From NCBI GenBank assembly GCA_965198115.1, contig OZ240241.1:1792001-1856000 (forward strand): a stretch of DNA of 64,000 nucleotides, given 5' to 3'. Positions 9,956 to 21,026 of this stretch are shown here, in pieces (the stretch's first letter is position 1; the number at the start of each line of letters is the position of its first letter). Position numbers and translations under genes: made by a program. The stretch comes from Candidatus Latescibacterota bacterium. Lineage in GTDB: Bacteria; Latescibacterota; UBA2968. Below the pieces are notes generated by a model. That model did no database searches. It had not been told where the DNA came from and saw only the letters and a program-made list of their open reading frames with translations.

Positions 9956-11611
9956 TCAGTGCCTATCCCAGCTCGCTGCAATCAGCTCAGCGATTTCCTC
10001 GCTGCCCACCACCTTGCCATTCTCGTCGACCTTCGTGAAAGACGCTGCCTCGTAAAGCTGGTAGGCGTCCACGCGAGGATGATGCTTCGCCAGGTTCATT
10101 TCGAACCGAATCATGTCGTGCTCGCCCGCGAAGCGCAGCTCTTTGTTGGTCCCGATGTAGACGACGGGACGACCAGCGTCCTTCGCAACCCGAGTGGCGC
10201 GGTCGACGAAGTGTCGTGCCCTCGCCTCCCTAAGGAAGTGCATGTCCTTCAGGTGTACGACGTCCGCAATCTCTCGAATCCACGTCTTCCATTGCCAATC
10301 AACGTTCGGTGGCAGGTTGCAGGAAATATGTCGATCGTCCTCGAAATCGAACGTGGCATTGATATGAAGACTGGTCACCTTGCCCGCGGCTGAAATGGCT
10401 TGCTTCGCCTTGCGTAAAAAGTCGGTGTAGGCGTCTCCGTTGGCCCTGGACGTCGCATCCCGATCGATGTAGCCATCCTCCCCCTCTGCCACATCGAATC
10501 CGTATTCGTCACGATCGTGCACGTGGCTCGAATGGCCCGCGGCACGAATGTTCACGCCATCCACGCCAGCCTCGAGACAGTCCCCGATGATCTTCAACCA
10601 GCGATGCTGGACTTCCGGATAGACCGGGCTGAGCGACCCCACCAGATAGTCTGAAGTTCCTCGCATCGCTCCAGCGAAACCGCCCTCCGCATCGAGCGTG
10701 CGCTGCACTGACCCGACCGTTTCGTCGAAGAGGTAAGCCGTCTCACAGGCCTGGATGATCCTTTCCTCATCGTTCAGAAACTCGATGACCTCTGGCGAGC
10801 GGCCGTAGGCGGTGAGCTCCAGAATCGGCGGTCGACTTCTAGCCCGTTTCCAATCGATCTTCCAGCTGGCCGGTGTAGAAGGCAGCCGATTCCCCTCCTC
10901 GTCGCATAACTCGAGCAGGTTATCGAGCGTGTTGATAAACGTCCCTTCCTTCGACGCGCACGTGACGACGAAGAATCGATCCTCCAGATCGATCGCTAGA
11001 CCGTCGAACGTCAGCACACGACGTGGGCCTCCTGTGGGGAAATCCGATCGCCACTCGATGCCGTCGGTAAATCCCAGCTTGCCGGAATACCGCTCCAACT
11101 GGCCGATTCCGGACCCCGCGAAGATCTCGACATCATCCGGGCGGATTGATGTCGGGGCGTCGTCCGACTTGACCAGTTTGATCGATCGCACTGGGCGATC
11201 CGCATCCTGACCACCGGGCCTCCGCCTGAACTGCATTTCGGGATGTGCCAGGAGGAAGGGATCGACGGTTACGATCATCCCTTTGTGCGTGTCGAAAAGG
11301 GGCACGTCATCGGGTCTGGGGAACGTATGCGGAACCGCCCACACCGCCGGCCCCATCTCGAAGGGCTTCATCACGGCGTGGACGTCGATCGATCGGTCGT
11401 GGCCCGCCTGCACTGCGTAGGCCATCAGGCTCGAGCACCCGCCAAAAGGCGTCAGGTAAGTGTCGATCCACGTATCCCAATGCCAGTCCACACGGCTGAT
11501 CCCGAGTCTCGCAAAGTAGTCGAAGAGCTGATCGACGTGCGCCGGCTCGTAGAGTCGACCGAAGTTCACCAGATCGTCCGTAAAGTCGACAGTGACGTGG
11601 AGTTCTTTCAC
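9956..11611 (-). CDS. Hypothetical protein (possible glycoside hydrolase-like TIM barrel with an inserted domain)
   Basis: 551-aa ORF in operon; LSPVYPEV...AGVDGVNIR resembles GHL-type barrels. Confidence 0.55.
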   Translation of the reverse strand: MKELHVTVDFTDDLVNFGRLYEPAHVDQLFDYFARLGISRVDWHWDTWIDTYLTPFGGCSSLMAYAVQAGHDRSIDVHAVMKPFEMGPAVWAVPHTFPRPDDVPLFDTHKGMIVTVDPFLLAHPEMQFRRRPGGQDADRPVRSIKLVKSDDAPTSIRPDDVEIFAGSGIGQLERYSGKLGFTDGIEWRSDFPTGGPRRVLTFDGLAIDLEDRFFVVTCASKEGTFINTLDNLLELCDEEGNRLPSTPASWKIDWKRARSRPPILELTAYGRSPEVIEFLNDEERIIQACETAYLFDETVGSVQRTLDAEGGFAGAMRGTSDYLVGSLSPVYPEVQHRWLKIIGDCLEAGVDGVNIRAAGHSSHVHDRDEYGFDVAEGEDGYIDRDATSRANGDAYTDFLRKAKQAISAAGKVTSLHINATFDFEDDRHISCNLPPNVDWQWKTWIREIADVVHLKDMHFLREARARHFVDRATRVAKDAGRPVVYIGTNKELRFAGEHDMIRFEMNLAKHHPRVDAYQLYEAASFTKVDENGKVVGSEEIAELIAASWDRH

Positions 11612-11623
11612 GGCATGCGCTCC

Positions 11624-12511
11624 TCAGGACTCACCCTCATCGAAAAGCCGATTCCATGCATCGTGGTCAGGAGTGACCTTTGAAGGGTCTCCGCTCCGGG
11701 CGATGAAACCGGGAACATTCTCTCGCCCCGTCGGCAATCCGACCTGGCAATACCGTGTGTCCACGCTCCATCGGACCGTATCGGACCTGTTGGGCGTCCC
11801 GCGATGCACGAGACGCTCGGACGTCAGCAGGACATCTCCAACGGCGAGCTCCGCGTCAAAAACTTCTCCCTCGGGCAGCACGTCCTCCTGAATGCCTGTA
11901 CCTCCGGTGTGACCGGGTGTCCCGTCCCGGAAGTCGTGGGCGATCAACTCCACCAGATGCGATCCACGAATGACCTGCATACAACCATTCTCCAACGTGG
12001 CATCGACCAGCGGGATCCAAGCGTTGGCCACAAGGGTATCCCCTGCCTCATCGGAGTTCAAATAGGCCAGGTCCTGGTGCCACGGAATGACCGTGATTGC
12101 CTGATCGGGCATCTTCGCCCGAAAGTTGAACTGGGGATGTGCATAGATCTCGGGACCGATCAACGACTCGATCACGTCGAGCAAGGTGGTCGACGTGCGG
12201 AGCGCGAACATGCCGCCCGTACGGATCTTCTGGTCCCGGAAAAAGCGCTGCCATATCCATCCTGGTTCCGAACACGCGCTGGAGGCAAGTGCCAGGCGCG
12301 TTTCGAAAGGGGCATCGTCGAATCGGCACTTCGGATCGAGCACGCCCTCCGCAATTGCCTCGTTCACGCCCGATTCGACCTGGGCCTCGAGATCGTCGAT
12401 CAGCGGCTGTATGTCCCTACGCGGTAACAGACCACGCACGGCCAGGAAACCGTCCTGATGGAACTGTTCCTTCTCGTCGGTGGTCAATCCCGGGTCTCTT
12501 GTCGCGATCAT
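11624..12511 (-). CDS. Phytanoyl-CoA dioxygenase (PhyH) family Fe/2OG enzyme
   Basis: FHQDGFL, PWHQD, WIPLVDATLENGCMQVIRGSH, HRGTPNRSDTVR. Confidence 0.92.
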   Translation of the reverse strand: MIATRDPGLTTDEKEQFHQDGFLAVRGLLPRRDIQPLIDDLEAQVESGVNEAIAEGVLDPKCRFDDAPFETRLALASSACSEPGWIWQRFFRDQKIRTGGMFALRTSTTLLDVIESLIGPEIYAHPQFNFRAKMPDQAITVIPWHQDLAYLNSDEAGDTLVANAWIPLVDATLENGCMQVIRGSHLVELIAHDFRDGTPGHTGGTGIQEDVLPEGEVFDAELAVGDVLLTSERLVHRGTPNRSDTVRWSVDTRYCQVGLPTGRENVPGFIARSGDPSKVTPDHDAWNRLFDEGES

Positions 12512-12548
12512 GAAGTGCTCCTCGCCAACGGCTACAGCCCTCGATCTG

Positions 12549-13757
12549 TCATCCCAAAACGTCCTGCTGCCGCAACGACTCGATCTCTTCCCTCGACAGA
12601 CGGAGGGTCGTCTCGAGTATCGTCTGCGTGTCCTCACCCAACCCCGGACCCCGCCGGTGCTCCACCCCCGAATCACTGATCCTGATGGGACTACCCACCT
12701 GACGAACGGTGCCGAAGTCCGGATGCGACAGAGTCAGAATCATCCCGTCTTCATCCACCTGAGGGTCCTGGAAAGCCTCCTCCACTGAGTTGACCGGCGC
12801 ACAGGGCACTTCTCCCTTTAGCGTCTCGATCCACGTCGCCGTTGTCTGCTTCAGAGTCAGTTCCTTCAACATCGGGACAAGCGTGTCTCGATTCTCCAGC
12901 CGGTCGGCCGCTGTTCTGTATCGCGGATCATCTGCCAGTTCGGGCGCCCCGAGCAATCGCACGAGACTCTGATAGAATTTTTCCTTCGCGCACATCACGA
13001 CGATAAATCCATCCTTCGTCGGTAAAATCTGTGACGGGATCTGCGAAGGATGCGACGAATCCGGCATGCGTTGCGGTTGATGTCCCTTCGTAAGATGCCA
13101 GGCCCCCACGTAGCCCAGCTGCGCCAGCGCCGTGTCGAACAGGTTTACGTCGACGTCACACCCGCGACCCGTTTCGCGAGCGCGCAATATCGCGCTCACG
13201 GCACCGAGCGATGCCAGAACTCCCGCACTCAGGTCCACGAGCGACAATCCGGTCTTCTGTGGCGGCGTCGATGGGTCGCCCGTGATGCTCATCCACCCGG
13301 CGTATCCCTGCATTAGGTAATCGTAGCCCGGCTCCGCCGCTCGCTTGCCCGTTCGCCCGAACGCCGACAGAGAGCAGCAGACGATGGCCGGATTGGTCTT
13401 CCCCGGCGTCGCGTAGTCAAGCCCCAGCTTCGTCGGAAGGTCACCTCTCAAGTTATTGTAGACGCAGTCGGATTGCTCCGCGAGCCGCTGCAACAGTTCT
13501 CGACCCCGCGGGTGCTTCAGGTTCAGTGTGAGGCTCTTCTTGTTCCGGTTGAAGCTTTGAAAATAGAGACTATCCTGTTCGACCGTGTAAGGCGGGACAT
13601 AGCGACCGACGTCACCACCTGTCTCGGGATTCTCGATCTTGATGACCTCGGCGCCCAGATCGGCCAGCATCATCGTGCCCCACGGTCCCGCACCGAATTG
13701 CTCGACGGCGATAACCCGCACGCCTTCGAGCGGCGGTGCCTGCCACGCTTCATCCAA
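12549..13757 (-). CDS. CaiB/BaiF family III CoA-transferase
   Basis: PLEGVRV, AGPWGTMMLADLGAEVIKIE, NRNKKS, GYD. Confidence 0.94.
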   Translation of the reverse strand: MDEAWQAPPLEGVRVIAVEQFGAGPWGTMMLADLGAEVIKIENPETGGDVGRYVPPYTVEQDSLYFQSFNRNKKSLTLNLKHPRGRELLQRLAEQSDCVYNNLRGDLPTKLGLDYATPGKTNPAIVCCSLSAFGRTGKRAAEPGYDYLMQGYAGWMSITGDPSTPPQKTGLSLVDLSAGVLASLGAVSAILRARETGRGCDVDVNLFDTALAQLGYVGAWHLTKGHQPQRMPDSSHPSQIPSQILPTKDGFIVVMCAKEKFYQSLVRLLGAPELADDPRYRTAADRLENRDTLVPMLKELTLKQTTATWIETLKGEVPCAPVNSVEEAFQDPQVDEDGMILTLSHPDFGTVRQVGSPIRISDSGVEHRRGPGLGEDTQTILETTLRLSREEIESLRQQDVLG

Positions 13758-14280
13758 GACCGGGTTCCCCCTCGATCGTCGGAAACTGATCCCGATGTGG
13801 CGCCGTGTCCTTCTTGTAGACCATCACGCTCCGCGTGAAGTCGATCACGACCTTTCCGTCCTGATTGATGCCCCGAGACCGAACCTGCACGATGCCAGCT
13901 TCGGGATAGGTCCGTGACTCGCGCTTGGTCAATACCTCCGTCTCGCAGTAAAGCGTATCCCCGATAAAGACTGGGTTGGGCAGTTTCACGTCCTCCCAGC
14001 CGAGATTGGCCATCGCGTTCTGGCTCACGTCGGGCACACTCATTCCCACCACGAGAGCGAGTGTAAACGTGCTGTTGACGAGAATCCGTTCCCATTTCGT
14101 CTGAGCCGACAGCCGCCCGTCGAAGTGAAGGGGGTTCGTGTTCATCGTCAGGTGAGTGAAGACCGAATTGTCGGTCTCGGTCACGGTTCGCCCGAAACGG
14201 CTGCGGTAAACGTCTCTCACGACGAAGTCCTCGTAGAATCGACCCTCCCAACCCGTTACGAGCTTTCTGGATTCTGCCAT
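13750..14280 (-). CDS. MaoC family dehydratase
   Basis: GRFYEDF, GRTVTETDN, NTNPLHFD, PVFIGDTL. Confidence 0.92.
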   Translation of the reverse strand: MAESRKLVTGWEGRFYEDFVVRDVYRSRFGRTVTETDNSVFTHLTMNTNPLHFDGRLSAQTKWERILVNSTFTLALVVGMSVPDVSQNAMANLGWEDVKLPNPVFIGDTLYCETEVLTKRESRTYPEAGIVQVRSRGINQDGKVVIDFTRSVMVYKKDTAPHRDQFPTIEGEPGLG

Positions 14281-14283
14281 CGC

Positions 14284-15346
14284 TTACACCTCGTAGGTCG
14301 TGTACGCGTGCTCGCACGGATTGCCCTGGCTGACGTGAAAGCGCCCCGCCTCCGGTTCCGCGATCAAAGAGGCAACAGTCTTACCCACGTTGTCCCCCGT
14401 CTTGGGATGACGACAGATGTTCGAGGGATGACCCTCGTGGTCGGAAAGAACCGACTGCATCGTCTCCACCGTGATCGATCCATAGGCATCCGACACGAGC
14501 GCGTCGATCCGCTCGTAACGCCCGAACGAATCGGGAATGCTGGCGTCGTCCGTCTCCGTCGTGTGGAAACGGTCGCTGCAAAAGTGGTTCGCGTGAACGA
14601 TGTAGCCCTTTCCGCCGTCGCCCACTGTCGCATAGCCGTCCGGTGTCAGCTCCACGTCTTCGATGGTCTTGCAGCCCCCGCTCAGAACGTAATTCCCCGA
14701 TGAACAGACCGGGTTCGTGTCGAATACGTGAAGGACTTCCGCCACCGTCGTCTGCTCGAGGATCTTCCGCTTCACCGGGTAGTGTGGCAAGGCGAGTCGC
14801 CACGACGGCCCGCCGCCGAGTGCATTCGCGAAATGCGCGACACCCTCGGAATTCATCCCGTGGTAGCCCAGATGGCCTCCGAACGTCCACATCAGAATGC
14901 GAGGCCCCTTCTCGGGCACGACGTGAAGGACGATGCCCACGTCCTCCTGACGGGGATTCATGTCGGAATTCTGACCGATCAGAATGCGGCCATCGGTCGT
15001 GCCCTCTCCTGAAATCACGAACGTCGTGCAGGCTTCTTGAAGCGTCTGCCCGATTTCGCCTCGGATTTGCAGCAGGAGTGCCTCTTCGTGCGTCAGACCG
15101 GCGCCATCAGCCAGGCCACACCTCCTCCATCAAGTCTGGAGCAGCAGCTTCGAACAATGGTCGAAATGCGGCGGTTCGACCCAGGACTTCGTCTTGTGAC
15201 ACGTCGCCCTGCACGGCATCCGACACGATCATTTCCAGGAAGTGACGCACACGATCGCCGGCCTGCTCGCCGTGTTGGACCCCCATCTCGTAGGGCGTAC
15301 CGGAGACTTGGATGTAAGGGTATCCGTCAGACAAAGAAAGCTCCAT
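14284..15346 (-). pseudogene. C45 family Ntn-hydrolase/acyltransferase, frameshifted near 15120
   Basis: SGTPYEMGVQHG, nucleophile E-A-C-T-T (Cys codon 15028-15030), GQNSD, GMNSEG, HANH. Confidence 0.82.
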
Positions 15347-15797
15347 TTGAATTCATATCACTGGTAAGGAGAGATGTTCCATTGGCAAAGACTCTGTACA
15401 ACTCAGCTGCAACAGCGTTGTGATTGTTGAGATGGTGTAATACACGCACCATCAGGCCAGCAGTAAATGAGGCATCCCGGAATGGCAACCGATACACATT
15501 TAGAGCGATGAAACTTGCTTTCGTGCCTTCATTGCGCTCTAGCAGATCTCGTGCCTCGCGAAGCAGCGAGACTGCATAATCGGCGATCACGACTTTGGAG
15601 AACCTGCCGATATATTGGTGCGTAAGCCGGCCATAGCCGGCACCAATGTCAATGAACCATCCATGGCTTGGAACCAGCATCTTCGATACCACCGACTCTT
15701 CACATGCGAATTCAAAGTCTCGCTGAGCGCGGAGATCTCCTTCCCAGAATTCACGATAGTTCGTGCGCTCGTAGTTTACTATCTTGTTGTCAACCAT
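15327..15797 (-). CDS. Class I SAM-dependent methyltransferase, probably C-terminally truncated
   Basis: IDIGAGYGR, LPFRDASF, RVLHHL; visibly AT-richer than the neighbouring genes. Confidence 0.75.
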   Translation of the reverse strand: MVDNKIVNYERTNYREFWEGDLRAQRDFEFACEESVVSKMLVPSHGWFIDIGAGYGRLTHQYIGRFSKVVIADYAVSLLREARDLLERNEGTKASFIALNVYRLPFRDASFTAGLMVRVLHHLNNHNAVAAELYRVFANGTSLLTSDMNSNGAFFV

Positions 15798-16099
15798 ACA
15801 TTGCTTCCCTTGCCCTCTGTGCGGCCTGCTCGGCCGTAACGAAAGACGTTGGTACACTATTGGCTTCCGCCGCTGCGGTTATGTTGCGTACATTTGCGAT
15901 GAGATGCCTAAAGCCAAAGAGCCTGGACTCTTCGGCGATTTCATGAGGGTGGAAGAAACCAACGAGTGTGTGGAGTCCTCCAGTCTTCGCAATGTTGCTC
16001 ATGTATCTCTCGATCCCAGACTTGAAGTAGGCAGGATGTTTGCTGACGATAAAGATCGACCTATCGCTCGACGACCGGTTGTTTGCCAGTCCTAAAAGA

Positions 16100-17518
16100 G
16101 GCTCTATCCGGGTTTCTCAACGGTGAAACTATAGAATGACAAGGTCATAGATCGTTCCCTACGCTTGGTTGTGTGTGTAGGACAATCAAAGCGAAGGGGG
16201 TGCGACCTATGACCGGGAGCAGATTACTATCGAAACTGCTGAGATTCAAGGGGTTCCGTGTTGTCAGCTGGTGGTTTGAGGGGAGAAGCTGCTTCGTCAT
16301 CGCCGTAAAGCCACATAAGAATGGTTGTTGTTGTCCGGAGTGCGGCCGTCGAGGTAAAATCGTCCGCACAATGCCCCATCCGCGTCGGTGGCGTGACATT
16401 CCGGTGTGCGGGTGGAGGGTCTGGCTTCTCTACCATCCTCGGGAGATTCGGTGTCCTACCCACGGTCGTGTGGTCGAGGAGATTCCGTGGGCGGAGCGGT
16501 TCTCTCGGGTGACGTATCGCTTCGAGTATGCCATGCTGCGCTACTGCCAGACCATGACGCAGAAGGCGGCGTCCGAGTTGCTGCGCATCTCTGCCTCGAC
16601 GCTGTCGAATCTCCTTCACCGATCCATCACGCGGCTTCGTGAAGGTCATCGTATCCGAGGGCTCAAAACCATCGGGATCGACGAGATCTCCTACGCCAAG
16701 CGTCACAGGTACGCCACGCTCGTTTACGATCTGGACCGCTCCTGCGTGGTGTGGGTTGGCCGCGGCAGGGCGCGTAAAACGATCGATCGGTTCTTCACAG
16801 AGGCTCTCAGTCCCTACCGGAGATCCAAGATCGAGTGGGCCTGCTGCGACATGAGCGAAGCTTACATCGGAGCCATCCAGGAACACTGTCCGAATGCCAA
16901 GCTGGTCCTCGATCGCTTTCACATCGTCAAGGCTCTCAATGTCGCCGTTGACGAGGTCCGTAAGGACCAGTGGCGTAAAGCTGCCCCGGATGAGGCAAAG
17001 CCATGAAGGGCCTCCGATGGCTCCTCTACCGGCACTCAGCGACACGCTCCAGAGGGGATACTCGGACACTCAAAGCACTGGAGAAGGCGAACTACCGAAT
17101 CTATAGAGCCTGGAGACTCAAGGACGAGTTCGAGCAGTTCTGGGAATACAAAGCGCCCTGGGCTGCCGAACGCTTCCTGAAATGCTGGACGACGTCCGCA
17201 CTCAGAAGTCGACTTGAACCCCTGCGAAAGTTCGTCAGGACCCTGCGACAGCACTTCTTCGGCGTCCTCGCATTCGTGAACACGCGTCTTACCAACGCCA
17301 TCGCCGAAGGCCTCAACCGAATCGTCCAAATCGTCAAGAACCGAGCCAGCGGATTCCGCACACTCGACGCATTCAACGATATGATCTTCCTTACCGTCGG
17401 AGACATAAACATCCCTGAGCAGATTCCGAAGAGGTTCCGCACACGCTAACCGCGCCCCCATGCCAGGAACCACGGCACCTTCACCCACTTCATCTCGTTG
17501 AGAGATCCGGATATAGCC
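16100..17518 (+). mobile_element. ISL3-family insertion sequence, copy 2 (1419 bp)
   Basis: Same IRs as copy 1; perfect 8-bp TSD CTAAAAGA at 16092-16099 and 17519-17526. Confidence 0.95.
16173..17449 (+). CDS. ISL3 transposase split into two frames (16173-17006 and 17003-17449)
   Basis: Near-identical to copy 1, with the same frame break. Confidence 0.92.
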
Positions 17519-17745
17519 CTAAAAGAGAGGCTGCACGCTTAAGCATCTTGACTGGCCGTGGGATGGCAAATACAGCGACGGGGATTTCGATGAATCCCGG
17601 AGACTCAAGAGCGCAGGCTTTGAAATTATCAGGTGACGGGGCGTAGACATTGCTTGGGCATCCCTCGAAATCCATGACGTTTACTCGACATTCCAGACCA
17701 GCTCGGATCAAGTCGCCCTCGTATTTCATTCCGGGGATGACAGAC

Positions 17746-18754
17746 GGTCAAGTCCCATAGTCAGTTGAAACTCATCGGGCTCCGTGGTATTCATGCTCTC
17801 TGCCGAGCATCTTGATTGTCGCCGAGATTCAGGTTGTTTTTCAGTGCTTGCCTGAGCAGCGGGAGGTGTTTGTATCCGCTCACGCGTCGCAGGCGTGGTT
17901 CGATGTCGAGGAGTGCGGCCGCGACCCATCTGTGTCGCTGAGGAGAGTTGTTCCAGCGGTTGACCTTCCGTATCAGGTTGCCGGTCATGCTGTTGAGCGC
18001 CTCGATGCAATTGGTGGTTCGGAAGCTTCGCTTCAAGAACGGGAGCATCCCCAGCCGGTGGAGGGTCAGGGTTTCCTCCAGTCCTTCCTCGAGGCTTGCC
18101 ACGGCAGACTGATTCATCAGCTTGAGTTCGGGTTTGAGTGATTCGAGTGCGGCCTTTGCCTCCTCGTAGGTGTCGCAGTCATAGGCTTTCTGAAGTTTCC
18201 GTCGAACTCTTGGACGTTCTGCCTCCGGGAGGTAGCTGACGACGTTCTCGCGCTTGTGCCACTGACAGCGATGCACGCACACATCCCCTTTGAGGGCTTT
18301 GGTGACGGCACTGCGGAGTCCCTTTGAGCCGTCCAGCACAACGAGAAGGCCCTGGTCGTAGCACAGGCCTCTCCGGATGAGATCCTGGATCAGCTGACGG
18401 CAGATCCGTTCGTTCTCCGTCGCCGATTCGACGAAGCCCAGGGGGATCTTCTGGCCGTCCGTCGTGACGCCCGGAGCGATCACGATCTCTTCGTCGGCAA
18501 AGCTCTTTCCGTCGATGAACAGGGCGACCAAGTCGTAGTCGTCGAGCGGTCGTTCCTGGAACTGCTTCAGCTTCTTTGCGGTGGCTTTGATGAACCGTCG
18601 CGAGACGGAGGATGCCGAAATTCCGAACGCTTCGGGTACCGACTCTGCACAGGCTCTGTAGTTGCGACAGGAGATTCCCTTGAGCACACGAAGCAGCAGC
18701 TTCTCATCCATCGCTCTGGGCCTCTGCATCCCCCGGTATGCGGCCAGAGAAACC
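17746..18754 (-). mobile_element. IS256-family element type A, 3' part only (cut by IS3)
   Basis: IRR GGTCAAGTCCCATAGTCAGTTGAAAC at 17746; near-identical to the 3' part of 20932-23119. Confidence 0.9.
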
Positions 18755-19978
18755 TGACCTGCCCCCCTGGATTGTTCCCATTCCTAAAGTTAGGATATCG
18801 GAACATAGAAAGGGGGCCGAATGGCCAGGAAGCGATACACAGCGGAGCAGATCATCGGACATCTCCGTCAGGCAGAGATTCGTATATCGTAAGGCAAGAC
18901 GGTCGGCGAGGTCTCGCGTGAGCTTGGCGTCAGCGAACAGACCTATTACCGGTGGCGCAAGGAATACGGCGGTATGGAGGTCGACCAGGTCCGCCGGCTG
19001 AAGGAGCTGGAGCAAGAGAACGGGCGTCTGAAACGTCTTGTGGCCGACCAGGCCCTGGATATCTCGATTCTCAAGGAGGTGTCCCGGGGAAACTTCTGAG
19101 CCCGACGCGGCGAAGGAAGGCGGTCGGGCACGTGCGTGAGGCCCTGGCTGTCTCGGAGCGTCGGGCGTGCCGTGTGCTGGGTCAGGTGCGCCGTACCCAG
19201 CGATACACGCTCAAGGTGGCGGACGGCGAGACCGTCCTGACCGCGAACATCGTCTCTCTGGCCAGCGAATATGGACGTTATGGCTACCGTCGAATCACGG
19301 CTCTTCTTAGGACCGATGGCTGGCGGGTGAACCACAAGCGGGTGGAGCGGATCTGGCGTCAGGAGGGGCTGAAGGTGCCCGCTAGGCAGCCGAAGCGGGG
19401 TCGACTTTGGCTCAACGACGGCTCCTGCATCAGACTCAGACCCGAGCATCGTAACCACGTCTGGGCCTACGACTTCGTGTTCGATCGCACACGTGAAGGG
19501 AGGCCGTTGAAGTTCCTGACAGTCGTGGATGAATACACGCGTGAGTGCCTGACCATCGAGGTCGCTCGCAAGCAAACATCACGGGACGTTCTGCGGACGT
19601 TGGCGAAGCTGATGCTGAGGTATGGTGTCCCGAAACACATCAGATCGGATAACGGGCCGGAGTTTGTAGCCAAAGCGGTTCGGGACTGGCTCTCGAGGTT
19701 GGAGGTCGGAACTTTGTTCATCGAGCCGGGCAGCCCGTGGGAGAACGGATACATCGAGAGCTTCAACGGGAAGCTCAGAGACGAGCTACTCAACGGTGAG
19801 ATCTTCACGACCTTGGAGGAGGCTAGGGTGTTGACCAAGTGGTGGCGCTGGCAGTACAATCACATCAGACCACACAGCTCATTGGGCTATCGCCCACCTG
19901 CACCTGAAGCGGTCACCAAACCGCTCACCGCAGCCATATCCTAACTCTGGATGTGGACACATAGATGGGGGCAGGTCA
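18755..19978 (+). mobile_element. IS3-family insertion sequence
   Basis: IRs TGACCTGCCCCC / GGGGGCAGGTCA; orfA 18821-19099 with internal TAA at 18890-18892; slippery GGGGAAAC at 19086-19093; orfB to 19944 with WAYDF, RSDNGPEF, NGYIESFNGKLRDE; no TSD. Confidence 0.93.
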
Positions 19979-20837
19979 CGGGGTCGATGTCTCTCCCTCG
20001 CTGCTCTCCAGTGTGACTGATGATGTCATCGAGGAGGTCAAGGCCTGGCAGTCCAGACCTCTGGACACCATCTATCCGATCGTCTATCTGGACGCGATCC
20101 GCGTCAAGATTCGAGACGATGGAAGCGTCACGAACAAGGCCGTCTACCTTGCGTTGGGCGTTAATCTATCAGGAAACAAAGAGCTCTTAGGCCTTTGGAC
20201 GGCTCAGAACGAAGGCGCGAAGTTCTGGATGTCGGTCCTGACCGAGCTCCAGAACCGTGGCGTCAACGATATCTTCCTGGCCTGTGTAGATGGGCTCAAC
20301 GGCTTCCCTGAAGCGATTGAAGCCGTCTTCCCGAGGACAGATGTTCAACTGTGCATCGTCCATATGGTGCGGAACAGCTTGAACTACGTCTCCTGGAAGA
20401 ACCGCAAAGAAGTCGCCCGAGACCTCAAAGCGATCTACCAGTCCGCCACACTTCGTAAGGCCGAGAACCAACTGGAGAAGTTCTCTGTGAAGTGGGACAA
20501 CACCTACTCGATGATCGGTCGGTCCTGGCGTGAACACTGGGAGCACATCACCCCGTTCTTCGCCTACCCACCAGAGATCCGGAAGGTGATCTACACGACG
20601 AACGCCATCGAGTCAATGAACGCATCGCTCCGGAAAGTCACGAAGAACAGAGGCGCGTTCCCGAATGATCAGGCCGCCATCAAACTCCTGTATCTGGCGA
20701 TCCGAAACATCTCCAAACGATGGACCCGGCCACTGAACGATTGGAATGGGGCCATCAACCGGTTCGCCATCATGTTCGAAGATCGTGTCCCGTTAAAGTA
20801 ATCGTGTCACCAGTTACACAAATCTCTGGACACACCC
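19979..20837 (+). mobile_element. IS256-family element type B, 3' part only
   Basis: YPIVYLDAI, VDGLNGF, QLCIVH, YTTNAIES; stop at 20801; terminal IR AGTTACACAAATCTCTGGACACACCC. Confidence 0.9.
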
Positions 20838-21026
20838 AAACATTCCTTCACTCCGATCGAACATCGTGCCACAAGTTTGAAGCCAACCAGTTCCGACTCT
20901 TTCTACACAGTGCTGCATACGCCTTGCTTCAGGTGAGGTCCCTATCCTAGTTGAAACTTAAAGGGCTCCAAACTTACGTTGTGGGTAGACGTGTGAGAGC
21001 GTGTACCCGTAAGAAAGGAGCCCACG

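Larger units (their letters stand above)
15790..17745 (-). pseudogene. Polysaccharide deacetylase-like gene remnant, split by ISL3 copy 2 and truncated 5' by IS256
   Basis: IS removal rejoins FIEIPV...KRAASLL to GLANNR...VGFFHPHEI in frame. Confidence 0.65.

Noticed and set aside
112-17518. Composite transposon bounded by inverted ISL3 copies
   Set aside because: Each copy has its own perfect TSD and interrupts its own gene, so they are independent insertions
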